Source: Candidatus Woesebacteria bacterium (GTDB taxonomy: Bacteria > Patescibacteriota > Microgenomatia > UBA1400 > UBA1396). From it: a stretch of DNA of 64,000 bases. The position numbers and the translations under genes were made by a program. Shown in pieces: positions 9,680 through 19,044 of the stretch. A model generated the notes under the pieces. It was given only the letters and a program-made list of their open reading frames with translations, searched no databases and was not told the DNA's origin. How positions within the stretch are numbered: the first letter of the stretch is position 1; the number at the start of each line of letters is the position of its first letter. The stretch spans positions 103,851-167,850 of the forward strand of contig JAJOJK010000002.1 of NCBI GenBank assembly GCA_021208605.1, read 5' to 3'.

Positions 9680-9946
9680 TTATTCTGCAATCACTTTTTT
9701 GGCTTTAGTTGTGTCCATTTCTTGAAATACTTGACCTCGCTTATCCGTAAACTGGCGAGTACCTGTTAGGGGTTTAGCCGTTGGTTTAGTGCCGAGTTGG
9801 GTAGTGATATTTATCATACTCTGGCTAAACGATGGGGCACGATTGAGCATTTGTTGGTACGCTTGCTTGTTTATAGGTGCTGTAGGAACATTTTTACTCT
9901 GGTCTGACATAGTTGCATCATAATACAAAGAACATCCTGCTTCCAT
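9680..9946 (-). CDS. Hypothetical protein (island ORFan)
   Basis: 88 aa ORF; the start may be the internal Met (MSDQSKN). Confidence 0.3.
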   Translation of the reverse strand: MEAGCSLYYDATMSDQSKNVPTAPINKQAYQQMLNRAPSFSQSMINITTQLGTKPTAKPLTGTRQFTDKRGQVFQEMDTTKAKKVIAE

Positions 9947-10063
9947 CCTGATTTTGAGTCAATAATGCATAATCACGCATATCTTTTTCTAGTTGTGGGA
10001 GCTGTACCAGTTGTTTGATAAAATCAAAAGCAAGTTCGAAAGTAGTCAATGACTGCCGACTCT

Positions 10064-10096
10064 AAAAAAAACAAGCCAATTTGGCTTGTTTTTTTT
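10064..10096. terminator. Bidirectional intrinsic terminator
   Basis: A8-caagcc-aattt-ggcttg-T8: a perfect long hairpin flanked by an A-run and a T-run. Confidence 0.65.
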
Positions 10097-10203
10097 GGTT
10101 GTGGAGCATAAGAGCGAGTCATCAGATAAAAAATAAACGCTGGCGGAAATAAACTAGGGCACTCCAGATACCATTCAAATATTTCTGTTAAACTATTTTA
10201 TAT

Positions 10204-11096
10204 ATGTCAGAGCTCAACCTCACCTTTGAAGAAATGGCTGCCCAGAGAGATCAAGGGTTTCGTCCAGAGCAAAACACAGAAAATCGTCAATTTTTCACAA
10301 CAAGAAACAGAAGATGAAAATCAACTCTTTGCCAGAGCACAAGAGTATGTTCAACGTGGCAAACTCGCACGGGACTCTCAAGATGAACAGCCTCTTCAGC
10401 AGATAAATGAAGAAATTGTAAATGATCCAAAAATGCAGAAATTTATGCAACAACGAGGAATCCAGCTCGAACCGATTCCTCAAGAAAATGCAGAAAACCC
10501 TGAGGCAGCAGTAACAACCTCAGAAAGTGAGAGCTCACCAACTCCTCAGGCGGGAAACGGATCATCTCTAACCGCAAGTACCCTCAGTGGAGTCGAGACT
10601 GGCCCAGAGCAACAGCTCAGCAAAGCAGAGCAAATCAAGCTGCAGGATATTCAAAATGCAACAGAAAAACTCAATCGAACCTTCTTTGACCTGACACAAA
10701 GACTTCGACACCAAGAAAATAGAAGTATGATTGAACTAACAGGCGAAGATGGTCAAAAAAGTTGGCCGATTGTTGTCATTTTCTTTGGCAGTGAAAGAGA
10801 TACCGCCAAAGACGAAATAAAAATGCTGAATTCTCTAGAAGCCGAAATGGAAGAATTAGCCACAAAAATAAATATCGTCACTACTCCACAAGAAGCAAAA
10901 AAGAAATTGAACAACATACACAAATATCTGACTGGATTACCAGATTTAAAGACAATGAAGAAACTATTCGCAATGTAGTTGACGACTACGCAGAAGAATT
11001 AGACGATGCATCCCAACAACTCAACACAATGACTGCACTCGCCTACGAACTTGTTGAGCAGTATGATGAAATCCAAAAACTCCTACAGCAATAAAC
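10204..11096 (+). CDS. Hypothetical acidic, Gln/Glu-rich protein. Coding sequence spans three frames (apparent indels at T5 10287-10291 and A6 10897-10902)
   Basis: An ATG at 10204 gives MSELNLTFEEMAAQRDQGFRPEQ. Deleting one T from the T5 run joins this to the track ORF 10226-10978. Adding one A to the A6 run joins that to the downstream frame ending at 11096 (...VDDYAEELDDASQQLNTMTALAYELVEQYDEIQKLLQQ). Confidence 0.45.
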
Positions 11097-11102
11097 TCAG
11101 AG

Positions 11103-12263
11103 CTACCGAACTAACTTACTTGCCATTGCGAGAAGTTTGTGACGCAAACGCGTGCGTCGACTCGGGCGAAAGGCACGATTGAGCATTTTAATGTAGTTAT
11201 CATATATCCGCTCCATATCTGCTGCAGTCAGTTCTTGGTTCGGAGGCGTTGTTATACCATCTGATGTCTCAAATCGAGTTGAGTACTCAGGGTTCAAAGC
11301 CCAAGCAAAAAACGACGCAACTTGGTCATAGTGCAATCCATTTTGCTGACAATAACGTCTCAGTTGCTCATTACTGGCCTGGGGATCAAAATGAATTTTC
11401 TGAACCAGCTGTAACATATTGGGATTATAGATATCATAAATATTGCCATTTATGGGTAGATGCGATAACAAAAAATTTTCATCTGTAACTTTAAAATATA
11501 AGATTGAGGTCAGTGTATAAAAAAGTGATTTCAAAGTTTGTAAGTGCTGTCCAGCTGTTTCTGGATTCATCCATTCAGCCGTGCCAGGAAAGTAAAATTC
11601 TCTTTTATCTCCCACTAAACGAGCATCAGCGAAGTCTATCCATTTTGAAAAAAGAGATCCATCGGTAGCAAAGGTGACATTATCTGGTTTAGCATCTTGC
11701 ACAATAATGCCTGATCGAGCCAACTTATACGCTCCCGTGATGAGACTTTGTCCATATTGAATCACCTGGCCGGCAGAGAACACCCCAGCCGGCATATGCT
11801 CATAGTGAGGACTTCCGACGTACTCCATAACAACTATTGGAGACTCGCCAGCGACGTAATCTACTCGTTTCACCACATGATTTGTTCTTTGGAAGCCTGT
11901 AGAAAGGACTCTTGCTTCATACTCGATTTTTTCGGCTATGTCTGGAACTGAAAAACCTGCTTTTTTAAGAACTACCGGCTTGCGGCGAAATACATCAAAA
12001 GCACGAGAAACAGGAAAGTGAATATCTCTATTCAATTGTGACTCTGGCATTGTGCTTACAACATACGTTCCAGTATGCCCCTGCAAAATATCTAATTTGC
12101 CGGATTCGTAAGCCTGGGAGAGATTATCGATGCCAAGAGCTTGACAGACCTCGGCTTCCATTTGACGATGTAGTATCTGCTGGAGTGCTGCATCAATAGC
12201 AGAGGGATGACTCACTACACCATCTGGCCGATACTGTCTCTCATGTATACTTGCTTGCACCAT
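11103..12263 (-). CDS. Protein kinase-like fold protein (atypical Hanks-type)
   Basis: Catalytic-loop-like IVQDAKPDNV, DFG-like IDFADAR, APE-like PGTAEWMNPE, and hinge VVMEYVGSP. 386 aa with N- and C-terminal extensions. Confidence 0.5.
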   Translation of the reverse strand: MVQASIHERQYRPDGVVSHPSAIDAALQQILHRQMEAEVCQALGIDNLSQAYESGKLDILQGHTGTYVVSTMPESQLNRDIHFPVSRAFDVFRRKPVVLKKAGFSVPDIAEKIEYEARVLSTGFQRTNHVVKRVDYVAGESPIVVMEYVGSPHYEHMPAGVFSAGQVIQYGQSLITGAYKLARSGIIVQDAKPDNVTFATDGSLFSKWIDFADARLVGDKREFYFPGTAEWMNPETAGQHLQTLKSLFYTLTSILYFKVTDENFLLSHLPINGNIYDIYNPNMLQLVQKIHFDPQASNEQLRRYCQQNGLHYDQVASFFAWALNPEYSTRFETSDGITTPPNQELTAADMERIYDNYIKMLNRAFRPSRRTRLRHKLLAMASKLVR

Positions 12264-12290
12264 ATTGCAATTTTACCAAATATATACAAT

Positions 12291-12322
12291 AAAAAAAGCG
12301 CAGACAACGTCTGCGCTTTTTT
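12291..12322. terminator. Bidirectional intrinsic terminator
   Basis: A7-gcgcagac-aac-gtctgcgc-T6. Confidence 0.65.
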
Positions 12323-12339
12323 AGACATATCTGATCTCT

Positions 12340-12846
12340 TTATCGCAACTGTCGCTTAGCAGATAAGCCGCCGAGCAAAGCAGGCTTAACACGGTAGTGT
12401 TGTGCACGCAAAGATTTTTGGATTTCAGGAGTAAGCTGTTCAACTCTCTGGCTTCGAATATCGTAACGACCCTCACCTTGAAACTGAGCTGCACCGTATT
12501 CATTAATACCGAGGAATCTTAAAATAGTACCGCTAAAAATATTACCAGGCTGCGAGGCCCCATCAGTAGCTTCAACAATAGCCTGAATGCTCCGCATAGC
12601 TACAACCAACTCGGTTTGCGCAACAAGCTGTTCTTTACTCACCAACTCTGGAAGTGCGTACAAGTTTTGTTGGCTTCTATCCTTCACAATGTGATATGTA
12701 CCGTTATCCTCAAACGCTTCTTGAAAAACTACCTCTAAACCACTAAGTAGAGTAGCTCGAACAAAATTTCCATTTACAACTTGTTCAGCATCCAGATCAC
12801 CAAAGGAATAAAGTACCACCCCTTTTGTTTCAGCTCGCTGTGTCAT
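12340..12846 (-). CDS. Hypothetical protein
   Basis: 168 aa ORF downstream of the kinase-like gene. Confidence 0.45.
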   Translation of the reverse strand: MTQRAETKGVVLYSFGDLDAEQVVNGNFVRATLLSGLEVVFQEAFEDNGTYHIVKDRSQQNLYALPELVSKEQLVAQTELVVAMRSIQAIVEATDGASQPGNIFSGTILRFLGINEYGAAQFQGEGRYDIRSQRVEQLTPEIQKSLRAQHYRVKPALLGGLSAKRQLR

Positions 12847-13016
12847 TATGACCTTCCTTTTTTTATAAGAAGTGTCTGATTATAAGCACAGCACCGAGAA
12901 AAAACAAACGCAAATATATTCTTTATATCAACATATTAAAATAATTTCTTGACTAACGCAGCGTATACTCCAATGTATGCAAGGAGCAAAAAGAAAAAAG
13001 TTGCTACAATACCGGC

Positions 13017-13979
13017 ATGGCTGTTACTACACTAGAATTACTCCGCATGCCGATATCAAATATTAGCCCGCGCGGGGAGATTACTCAGCCAGAGCGAGGC
13101 GAGGAGCATCGTGGCATTCAACGCACGCTTCAAGCACGTGGAAAGCCTGTATTTTCTCAAGATGGCTTTGGCATCTTTTCTCTGCCCGCTAACAGCCCAC
13201 ACACCAAAGGTCCACATGATGTGTGGTGGTTCAACGACGAACGAACCCCAGAATATATTCACTGGGAAGAAAACTCTTCCGACGCCATTTTTACTGGAAA
13301 TACTCGTTTTTGGCAAACACTCCAAAGACAACTCCATCAAAAACTTGCACACCACGGCGATCAATTTAGAGCCTATAGCTACCTAGGTTTCTTGCTGCCT
13401 GACGACTACCAAAACCTGCCTCCAAACGTGTATTCGCATGGCTTGCAGAGCCAAAAATGTCCACATTGGCACATTACTGAAAGCATCATTCCACATCCAG
13501 CAGATGGCTGGTTAGACGCCAGAAATAGTGACGATCGCAACAATATTGCTCGAGGATTGAATCTTGGCGGCGAAGCTATGGTAGCGCACTTTGAAAAAAC
13601 CCATCCGGCTCTGTTTCAAGGATTTGGCACAAAAATTAAAACTGAACAAACCATTGGCACCGTTTCCCGCGAAAGAACGTTTTTTGCCTTCCGAGATTTA
13701 GCTACGGCGATTCAGGCGAGCATGCAACTTCGTCAAAATCTCACCGCAATGTGGATTGATACTGCTGCCAAGATAGTAGAAGAACAAGAAGTTTTCGCCT
13801 CTGTGGCGCTTACAAGAATACAAAGTGCGATTCCGAACTTTGCGTTTATTATTCCCTCGGTTGAAGATCGTCAACGTGCCAAACGCAAGAACCCAGAAAT
13901 TTGGGTTGCGGTAGGTGCAGTAACGGGAGTACCAGAAATGCTCACCCCTGGTGGTGTGCACTTAAACCGACTCAGATAG
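13017..13979 (+). CDS. Hypothetical protein
   Basis: 320 aa ORF. Contains CPHWHITES, but a HIT / GalT-like assignment is not supportable by eye. Confidence 0.5.
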   Translation: MAVTTLELLRMPISNISPRGEITQPERGEEHRGIQRTLQARGKPVFSQDGFGIFSLPANSPHTKGPHDVWWFNDERTPEYIHWEENSSDAIFTGNTRFWQTLQRQLHQKLAHHGDQFRAYSYLGFLLPDDYQNLPPNVYSHGLQSQKCPHWHITESIIPHPADGWLDARNSDDRNNIARGLNLGGEAMVAHFEKTHPALFQGFGTKIKTEQTIGTVSRERTFFAFRDLATAIQASMQLRQNLTAMWIDTAAKIVEEQEVFASVALTRIQSAIPNFAFIIPSVEDRQRAKRKNPEIWVAVGAVTGVPEMLTPGGVHLNRLR

Positions 13980-15002
13980 CAACCACTCCACAGTCTGTTC
14001 TACTCCGTCTTGAAGAGAAATTTTGGGTGCATAGCCATAAAGCGCCCGAGCACGATTGGTGCTGAAAACATATGTGCTCAACAACGTCTTCACGCGCTGT
14101 GGGTAGAGCGGAACAGCACTACCAGTAATCGCCCGAATCAAACCGAGCGGATAGCTTATGAGCAGGCCGATCCAACCAGGAATCCACCACCGCGGCATCT
14201 CCTTGCCCAAACTCCGATAGATACTCTCTACAACACTTCTATACGGCACCGCTTGCGGCCCGGACATCATAGCCACTCCCGCGGGAACTCTTGCATCCGC
14301 AGCCTGGAGGGTACCATCAACCAAGTCCCGCACATGCACATACTCCATCAGGTTATAGCCAGAACCAATCTGGAAATAGATTCCTTGTTGAATGGCGCGA
14401 ATGAGAGCCGTGGTTGGTCCATTCACATCACCCAGGCCATACACACTCGTAGGGCGAATAATGGCGTACTCTAGCCCATAACGAGCTCTCGCCTTCCGAA
14501 TCCGCTGCTCGGCAATCCACTTGGAGTGACCATATGGATTCGTGAACACTGGCATTTGGGGTGCTCTCTCCTCATTCCAGCCCAAAACCGGTCCGACCTC
14601 TGCCGGAATTCCATGCACCGCCATTGAGCTATAAAATATGAGCCGCTGTAATCCCAATACTTCTCCCGCTTCGAGAATGTTTTGTGTACCAAGCACATTG
14701 GTATCAAAATATGCATTGAGATCTTTGCCAGCGAAATCCGTACGCGCAGCCAGGTGAAATACTATTTTCACGTTTTTCATGGCCTGGAAAACATCAGAGT
14801 ATGACTGGATGTTGCCGCGAACACTTTCGATCGAGTCATTGGGCAAGGGACTAGCTGCTTCCTGATCCCACACAAAGACACGAATGTTCTCTGGCAAACA
14901 CCCCCGCTCAAGCAAGGCTTGCAAGAGGTGTTGGCCAATAAAACCGGTACCACCCGTCACCAGAATGCGATCAGCAGTTGGCTGACAAAAATGGTCCAAC
15001 AT
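13962..15002 (-). CDS. NAD-dependent epimerase/dehydratase family protein
   Basis: VTGGTGFIGQHL Rossmann motif and YGHSK (YxxxK). Start set at MLDHFCQ (15002), one nt after the hisS stop (TAGCATG). Confidence 0.7.
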   Translation of the reverse strand: MLDHFCQPTADRILVTGGTGFIGQHLLQALLERGCLPENIRVFVWDQEAASPLPNDSIESVRGNIQSYSDVFQAMKNVKIVFHLAARTDFAGKDLNAYFDTNVLGTQNILEAGEVLGLQRLIFYSSMAVHGIPAEVGPVLGWNEERAPQMPVFTNPYGHSKWIAEQRIRKARARYGLEYAIIRPTSVYGLGDVNGPTTALIRAIQQGIYFQIGSGYNLMEYVHVRDLVDGTLQAADARVPAGVAMMSGPQAVPYRSVVESIYRSLGKEMPRWWIPGWIGLLISYPLGLIRAITGSAVPLYPQRVKTLLSTYVFSTNRARALYGYAPKISLQDGVEQTVEWLLSESV

Positions 15003-15003
15003 G

Positions 15004-16242
15004 CTATTTCTGCACAGTGGCAATTGCTTCATCTACAGACACAGTAACTTGTTCACCGCTTGTCATATTTTTGAGCTGTACCATACCTTTTTCAGCTTCT
15101 TCCGGACCGACTACAACAACCCAGGGAATACTCAGTTTGTTGGCGTACTTAAATTGTTTCGCAAGTTTCTCAGTACTATTAAAGAGCTCGGTCGATATCC
15201 CGGCTTGGCGGAACTGTTGCGTGACTGCTGCTGAAATACTCTGCTGTTCCTCAGCAAACACGGTAACCAAGACACCAGCACCGAGAATGTCATCCTCCAC
15301 AATCAGATTGAGTGAGTCAACCGCCTCCACGATACGATCAAAACCGAGACCCACGCCGACAGCGGGAAGATCAACTCCACCCAGATCGTTGAGCAAGTTG
15401 TCATAGCGACCACCGCCACCAAGTGAACCACTCGAGAAAGAAGGAGCAACAATCTCAAAAATCATACCGGTGTAGTAATCAAGACCGCGGGCAATAGCTG
15501 GCGAAAAGACCAATGCCTTGGCAGGCACTCCGAGCGACTCAGCAATCGAAAAGATTTCAGCGAGGTTTTTACTTTTCTGAGCTTGCTTCACTGCCTCTAG
15601 AGCGGCGTCCGCACTCTCTTTGGACAGCCCTTTGTCTACTAACTCTGCGGAAACATCTGCTGGGGTCATTTTATCGAGCTTATCGATCGACTGAATAATC
15701 TGCAGAACACTTACCTCGTCGGTAGCAAAAGGAGACAGTGTACTTAAAAGAACCTGACGGTCATTCACGCGAAGTTCTACCTCGGTAAAACCGAGATTCA
15801 CAAAAGCCTGGTAGGTCGTAGCCAAAATCTCGGCATCTGCTAATGGACTAGCACTCCCGACTATATCGATATCACACTGCGTAAATTCGCGATAGCGACC
15901 CTTTTGCGGCTTATCGGCGCGAAACACGTTCTGAATTTGATAGCGTCGAAACGGCAAGGCAATATTAAATCGATTCTCGGCCACCACGCGCGAAAGCGGC
16001 ACCGTCTGATCATAGCGCAGTGCTACTTCGCGACCACCATTATCCACAAATTCGTAAACCAGCTTGTCAGCTTCTTCACCGTACTTACCCATAATGACTT
16101 CTTTATACTCAAGAGTAGGAGTTTCGAGCGGCAAAAAGCCAGACAACTCAAAAGCTGCCACAATCTTCTGTTGCACCCAATTGCGTCGCAACTTCTCAGC
16201 CGGCAAAAAATCCCGAAACCCTTTCAAAGTCTGCGTATTCAT
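15004..16242 (-). CDS. hisS: Histidyl-tRNA synthetase
   Basis: 412 aa; class II HisRS motifs (LKGFRDFLP..., RYDQTVPLSR, GGGRYD). Confidence 0.85.
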   Translation of the reverse strand: MNTQTLKGFRDFLPAEKLRRNWVQQKIVAAFELSGFLPLETPTLEYKEVIMGKYGEEADKLVYEFVDNGGREVALRYDQTVPLSRVVAENRFNIALPFRRYQIQNVFRADKPQKGRYREFTQCDIDIVGSASPLADAEILATTYQAFVNLGFTEVELRVNDRQVLLSTLSPFATDEVSVLQIIQSIDKLDKMTPADVSAELVDKGLSKESADAALEAVKQAQKSKNLAEIFSIAESLGVPAKALVFSPAIARGLDYYTGMIFEIVAPSFSSGSLGGGGRYDNLLNDLGGVDLPAVGVGLGFDRIVEAVDSLNLIVEDDILGAGVLVTVFAEEQQSISAAVTQQFRQAGISTELFNSTEKLAKQFKYANKLSIPWVVVVGPEEAEKGMVQLKNMTSGEQVTVSVDEAIATVQK

Positions 16243-16330
16243 AGTTTCCCTTTCATCTCTCTTTTATAGTATATCGATATTTGTTTTCGTGCAGAGCAAG
16301 GAACCAACTGCTTCCAGACAAAAACAAATA

Positions 16331-16352
16331 CAAAAAACCCGCTTCTCGGCGG
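16331..16352 (-). terminator. Intrinsic terminator downstream of the Fur-family gene
   Basis: Minus-strand hairpin cccgc-N6-gcggg followed by a U6 run. Confidence 0.55.
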
Positions 16353-16446
16353 GTCTGTCACACAACACGACAACGTCCCCACCTTAGAAGCGAGGATGAT
16401 GATGCATGGTGTTCTGTGTAATTTGTTTCATGCTGCTGGAATTATA

Positions 16447-16806
16447 TCACTTGGTACAAGCGCTGCAGACCCCAAAATAGGTGGCGTGATGGTGATCAAT
16501 CTGAAAACCAGGTATTTCTGGATGCTGTTGCGCGTGACACTCAATCGTCAGAACTCGACCACAAACGTTACAAACCGCGTGGTCATGGTGGTGATTCCGC
16601 AGTTCATACACCACCGTTTGTTCACCCAGAGAAAGTCGACAAATTTCCGCCTTTTCCAACAATCGGTCAAGAGCGCGATAGACACTCGTTTTATTGACTC
16701 GAAAATCTTCTTCCGCCAGTAACTCCACAATTTCTGGACCGCTCAACACATGCTTGCGTTCGAGTAAATCAAGAATAGCTGGTTCGGTAATTGAAGTGCG
16801 GGCCAT
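16447..16806 (-). CDS. zur: Fur-family metalloregulator (probably Zur)
   Basis: N-terminal winged-helix domain; metal-site motifs HHHDHAVCNVCGRV...C..C. Divergent from a ZIP zinc transporter. Confidence 0.75.
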   Translation of the reverse strand: MARTSITEPAILDLLERKHVLSGPEIVELLAEEDFRVNKTSVYRALDRLLEKAEICRLSLGEQTVVYELRNHHHDHAVCNVCGRVLTIECHAQQHPEIPGFQIDHHHATYFGVCSACTK

Positions 16807-16837
16807 ATACAGTAGTATAAATCATCGTATTGCGTTT

Positions 16838-16850
16838 GCAACTTAGTTGC
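16838..16850. promoter_or_regulatory. Perfect palindrome gcaac-tta-gttgc in the zur/ZIP divergent intergenic region; candidate Fur/Zur-type operator
   Basis: Seen directly in the sequence; sits between the two start codons (16806 and 16865). Confidence 0.3.
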
Positions 16851-16864
16851 GTTATTATAGCACG

Positions 16865-17815
16865 ATGCAAAATATATTTCCCCTTTTGATTGCCTCTGGA
16901 ACCATTAGTGCTATCGCTTTTCTCAGTGCGGGACTCTTGAGCCTCTTTCCAAAGAAACTCTCACAGAGTGTACCCTGGTTAGTGGCATTGGCTGCTGGCA
17001 CGCTTTTGAGTTCCACCTTTTTGCACTTAATTCCCGAAAGTTTGGAGCTCTTACCAGCTTCGACAACCCTCGGCTGGACGCTCGCTTCCTTCGTCAGTTT
17101 TTTAATCTTAGAACGCGTCTTTCGTTGGCATCACTGTCATGGTCATGACTGTGACAACCACCGCAGTGTGGGCTACATGAACCTGATCGGTGACGGTGTC
17201 CACAACTTCATTGATGGAATGGTGCTCGCCGCTGCGTTTAGTGTCAGTCCTGCTCTCGGACTCTCCACCACCATCGCCGTCGCAGCCCACGAATTTCCCC
17301 AAGAAATCGGTGATTTCGGTATTCTTATCCACAGTGGATTCTCGCGTGGCGCCGCTCTCTTAGCGAATTTTGGAGTTGCCTGTATGGCAATTACGGGAGC
17401 TTTAGCTGGCGTGCTTTTGAGCCAGTATACCGACGCGCTCAGCACGTATCTTATTCCCATCGCCGCGGGTAGCTTCCTCTATATCGCCACCGTGGACTTG
17501 ATTCCAGAAATTCACCATCGCTTAAAAGGATGGCAAACCGTGGGCTTACTCAGCATGTTCCTACTCGGCCTAGCGATTCTGCCGGTTTCCGAAATTGGTT
17601 TACAGCAACTGGGTATTGAGGTTGCCCACACGCACGCGCACTCAGAAACTGAGCACACTCACGATCACTCCGAAGAATATGCAACCGATACGCATGAGGA
17701 ACACGACGAGTCCACTGCAGAGATTGATTCTCATGAACATGAGGCCGAGCACGAAAATGAAGACGACCATGATCATGAACACGAAAATGATCATGCTCTT
17801 CCCGACACCGAGTAA
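16865..17815 (+). CDS. zupT: ZIP-family zinc/divalent metal transporter with His/Asp/Glu-rich C-terminal tail
   Basis: TM-rich; HEFPQEIGDFGIL ZIP signature. The C-terminus (HTHAHSETEHTHDHSEE...HDHEHENDH) resembles a metal-binding tail. Start taken at the ATG (MQNIFP) rather than the TTG at 16847. Confidence 0.75.
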   Translation: MQNIFPLLIASGTISAIAFLSAGLLSLFPKKLSQSVPWLVALAAGTLLSSTFLHLIPESLELLPASTTLGWTLASFVSFLILERVFRWHHCHGHDCDNHRSVGYMNLIGDGVHNFIDGMVLAAAFSVSPALGLSTTIAVAAHEFPQEIGDFGILIHSGFSRGAALLANFGVACMAITGALAGVLLSQYTDALSTYLIPIAAGSFLYIATVDLIPEIHHRLKGWQTVGLLSMFLLGLAILPVSEIGLQQLGIEVAHTHAHSETEHTHDHSEEYATDTHEEHDESTAEIDSHEHEAEHENEDDHDHEHENDHALPDTE

Positions 17816-17835
17816 AAATATGCTATGCTCAGCGC

Positions 17836-19044
17836 ATGCGACTCTACGAGTACGAAGCCAAACACATTCTTGAGAAACACGATGTTGCAATCCCGAATGA
17901 ACTCAGTCGGGGACCTGTAGCACAACTCTCGTTCGAACAGCCAGCTGTCCTCAAAGGCCAAGTCCTGTTTGGGAACCGCAAGCAAGCAGGCCTCATTCAC
18001 CTTGTACACTCTGAAACCGATTTCACTTCCGCTACGCAAACGCTCGCCAAAAGTCTGCAAGAGCAGTCACTTTCACCAGAGAGAACAGACATCGTCATTG
18101 AAGAACTCATTCCCTACACCGACGAAGTCTATCTCGCCATCCGCTATGACACCCGCACCCGCCTGCCAGTGATTCTATTTTCCGCTGACGGCGGCAGTGG
18201 CATTGAAGAACGTTCGGAGCACGCCGGCTTGCAGACGTACCCTCTGCAGGATTTGGCCAAAACGAAACTACCACAGCTTCATCCGCACATCTCAGCCGAA
18301 TGGCTACAGAATTTCGTCGATATGTTCTTTGCTGAAGATATGACACTCATGGAAATCAACCCGCTGGTATTTGTAGAGAATCAACCAATCGCTCTCGACG
18401 CCAAAATCGAACTCGATGATACCGCCGCCTTCCGCCACCCCGAATGGGAAAACTACCCGCCGCGCACGCTGTTTGAACGGGAGCCCACCGAGCGTGAACA
18501 AGCGGCCAAGCGGGTAAATGCGCTCGACCACCGTGGTGTTGCCGGAGCCGCCTACTTTGAATTCCCTGGAACAGTCGGTATCTTGGCCTCTGGTGGGGGC
18601 GCTTCCTTGCTCGCCATGGATGCCTTGCTGACCACCGATATTCGACCAGCCAACTACACCGAGTATTCCGGTAATCCCACCCGCGAAAAAGTTCATGCCC
18701 TTTCGGAAATTGTCATGTCACAAGAAGGCTTGGAAGGTCTATGGGTAATTGGTGGCCACGCGAACTTTACCGATATCTACGAAACTTTGATGGGCGTCCT
18801 GGACGCCGTGGAAAGCGCCAGTGAAACCGGGCGCATCAGGCCTGGCTTCCCGGTAGTGATTCGCCGTGGCGGACCGCGCCAAGAAGAAGCCTTTGCTGAG
18901 TGCAAAAAGCGCGCTCAACAGCTGAACATTGCCCTCCATCTTTATGACTCGTCATTCCCGATCACCGACACCGTGGCCGTACTGGAAGATGCGGTTCACG
19001 CCTACCAAAAACACTCCGAGGATTCTCATGTCGATCTTACTTGA
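17836..19044 (+). CDS. SucC-like ATP-grasp beta subunit (succinyl-CoA / citryl-CoA synthetase large-subunit family)
   Basis: N-terminus MRLYEYEAKHILEKHDVAIP is typical of SucC/AclB/CcsA; 402 aa. Confidence 0.7.
   Translation: MRLYEYEAKHILEKHDVAIPNELSRGPVAQLSFEQPAVLKGQVLFGNRKQAGLIHLVHSETDFTSATQTLAKSLQEQSLSPERTDIVIEELIPYTDEVYLAIRYDTRTRLPVILFSADGGSGIEERSEHAGLQTYPLQDLAKTKLPQLHPHISAEWLQNFVDMFFAEDMTLMEINPLVFVENQPIALDAKIELDDTAAFRHPEWENYPPRTLFEREPTEREQAAKRVNALDHRGVAGAAYFEFPGTVGILASGGGASLLAMDALLTTDIRPANYTEYSGNPTREKVHALSEIVMSQEGLEGLWVIGGHANFTDIYETLMGVLDAVESASETGRIRPGFPVVIRRGGPRQEEAFAECKKRAQQLNIALHLYDSSFPITDTVAVLEDAVHAYQKHSEDSHVDLT

Larger units (their letters stand above)
7289..12900. mobile_element. 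tRNA-Pro-associated integrated element / genomic island (boundaries approximate)
   Basis: A large serine recombinase gene lies immediately 3' of tRNA-Pro. The segment is AT-rich relative to its flanks, consists of ORFans plus a kinase-like gene, and is closed by strong bidirectional terminators. The right boundary is inferred from composition only; no att repeat was found. Confidence 0.5.

Noticed and set aside
10897-10903. Phage tail-assembly-chaperone-type (G/GT) programmed -1 frameshift
   Set aside because: No tail genes or other phage structural context. The same gene has a second frame break, and the window shows systematic homopolymer frame errors, so an artefact is more likely. It is still reported as a finding because it is cheap to check.
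12850-13020. attR: direct repeat of the tRNA-Pro 3' end at the distal island border
   Set aside because: No copy of the tRNA 3' segment was found by eye between 12850 and 13020. Serine recombinases need only a 2-bp crossover, so the absence is uninformative. The island boundary is left approximate.
13017-13979. HIT / GalT-like nucleotidyltransferase assignment based on CPHWHITES
   Set aside because: Only two of the three histidines of the HxHxH(xx) triad are present and nothing else supports the fold. Left as hypothetical.
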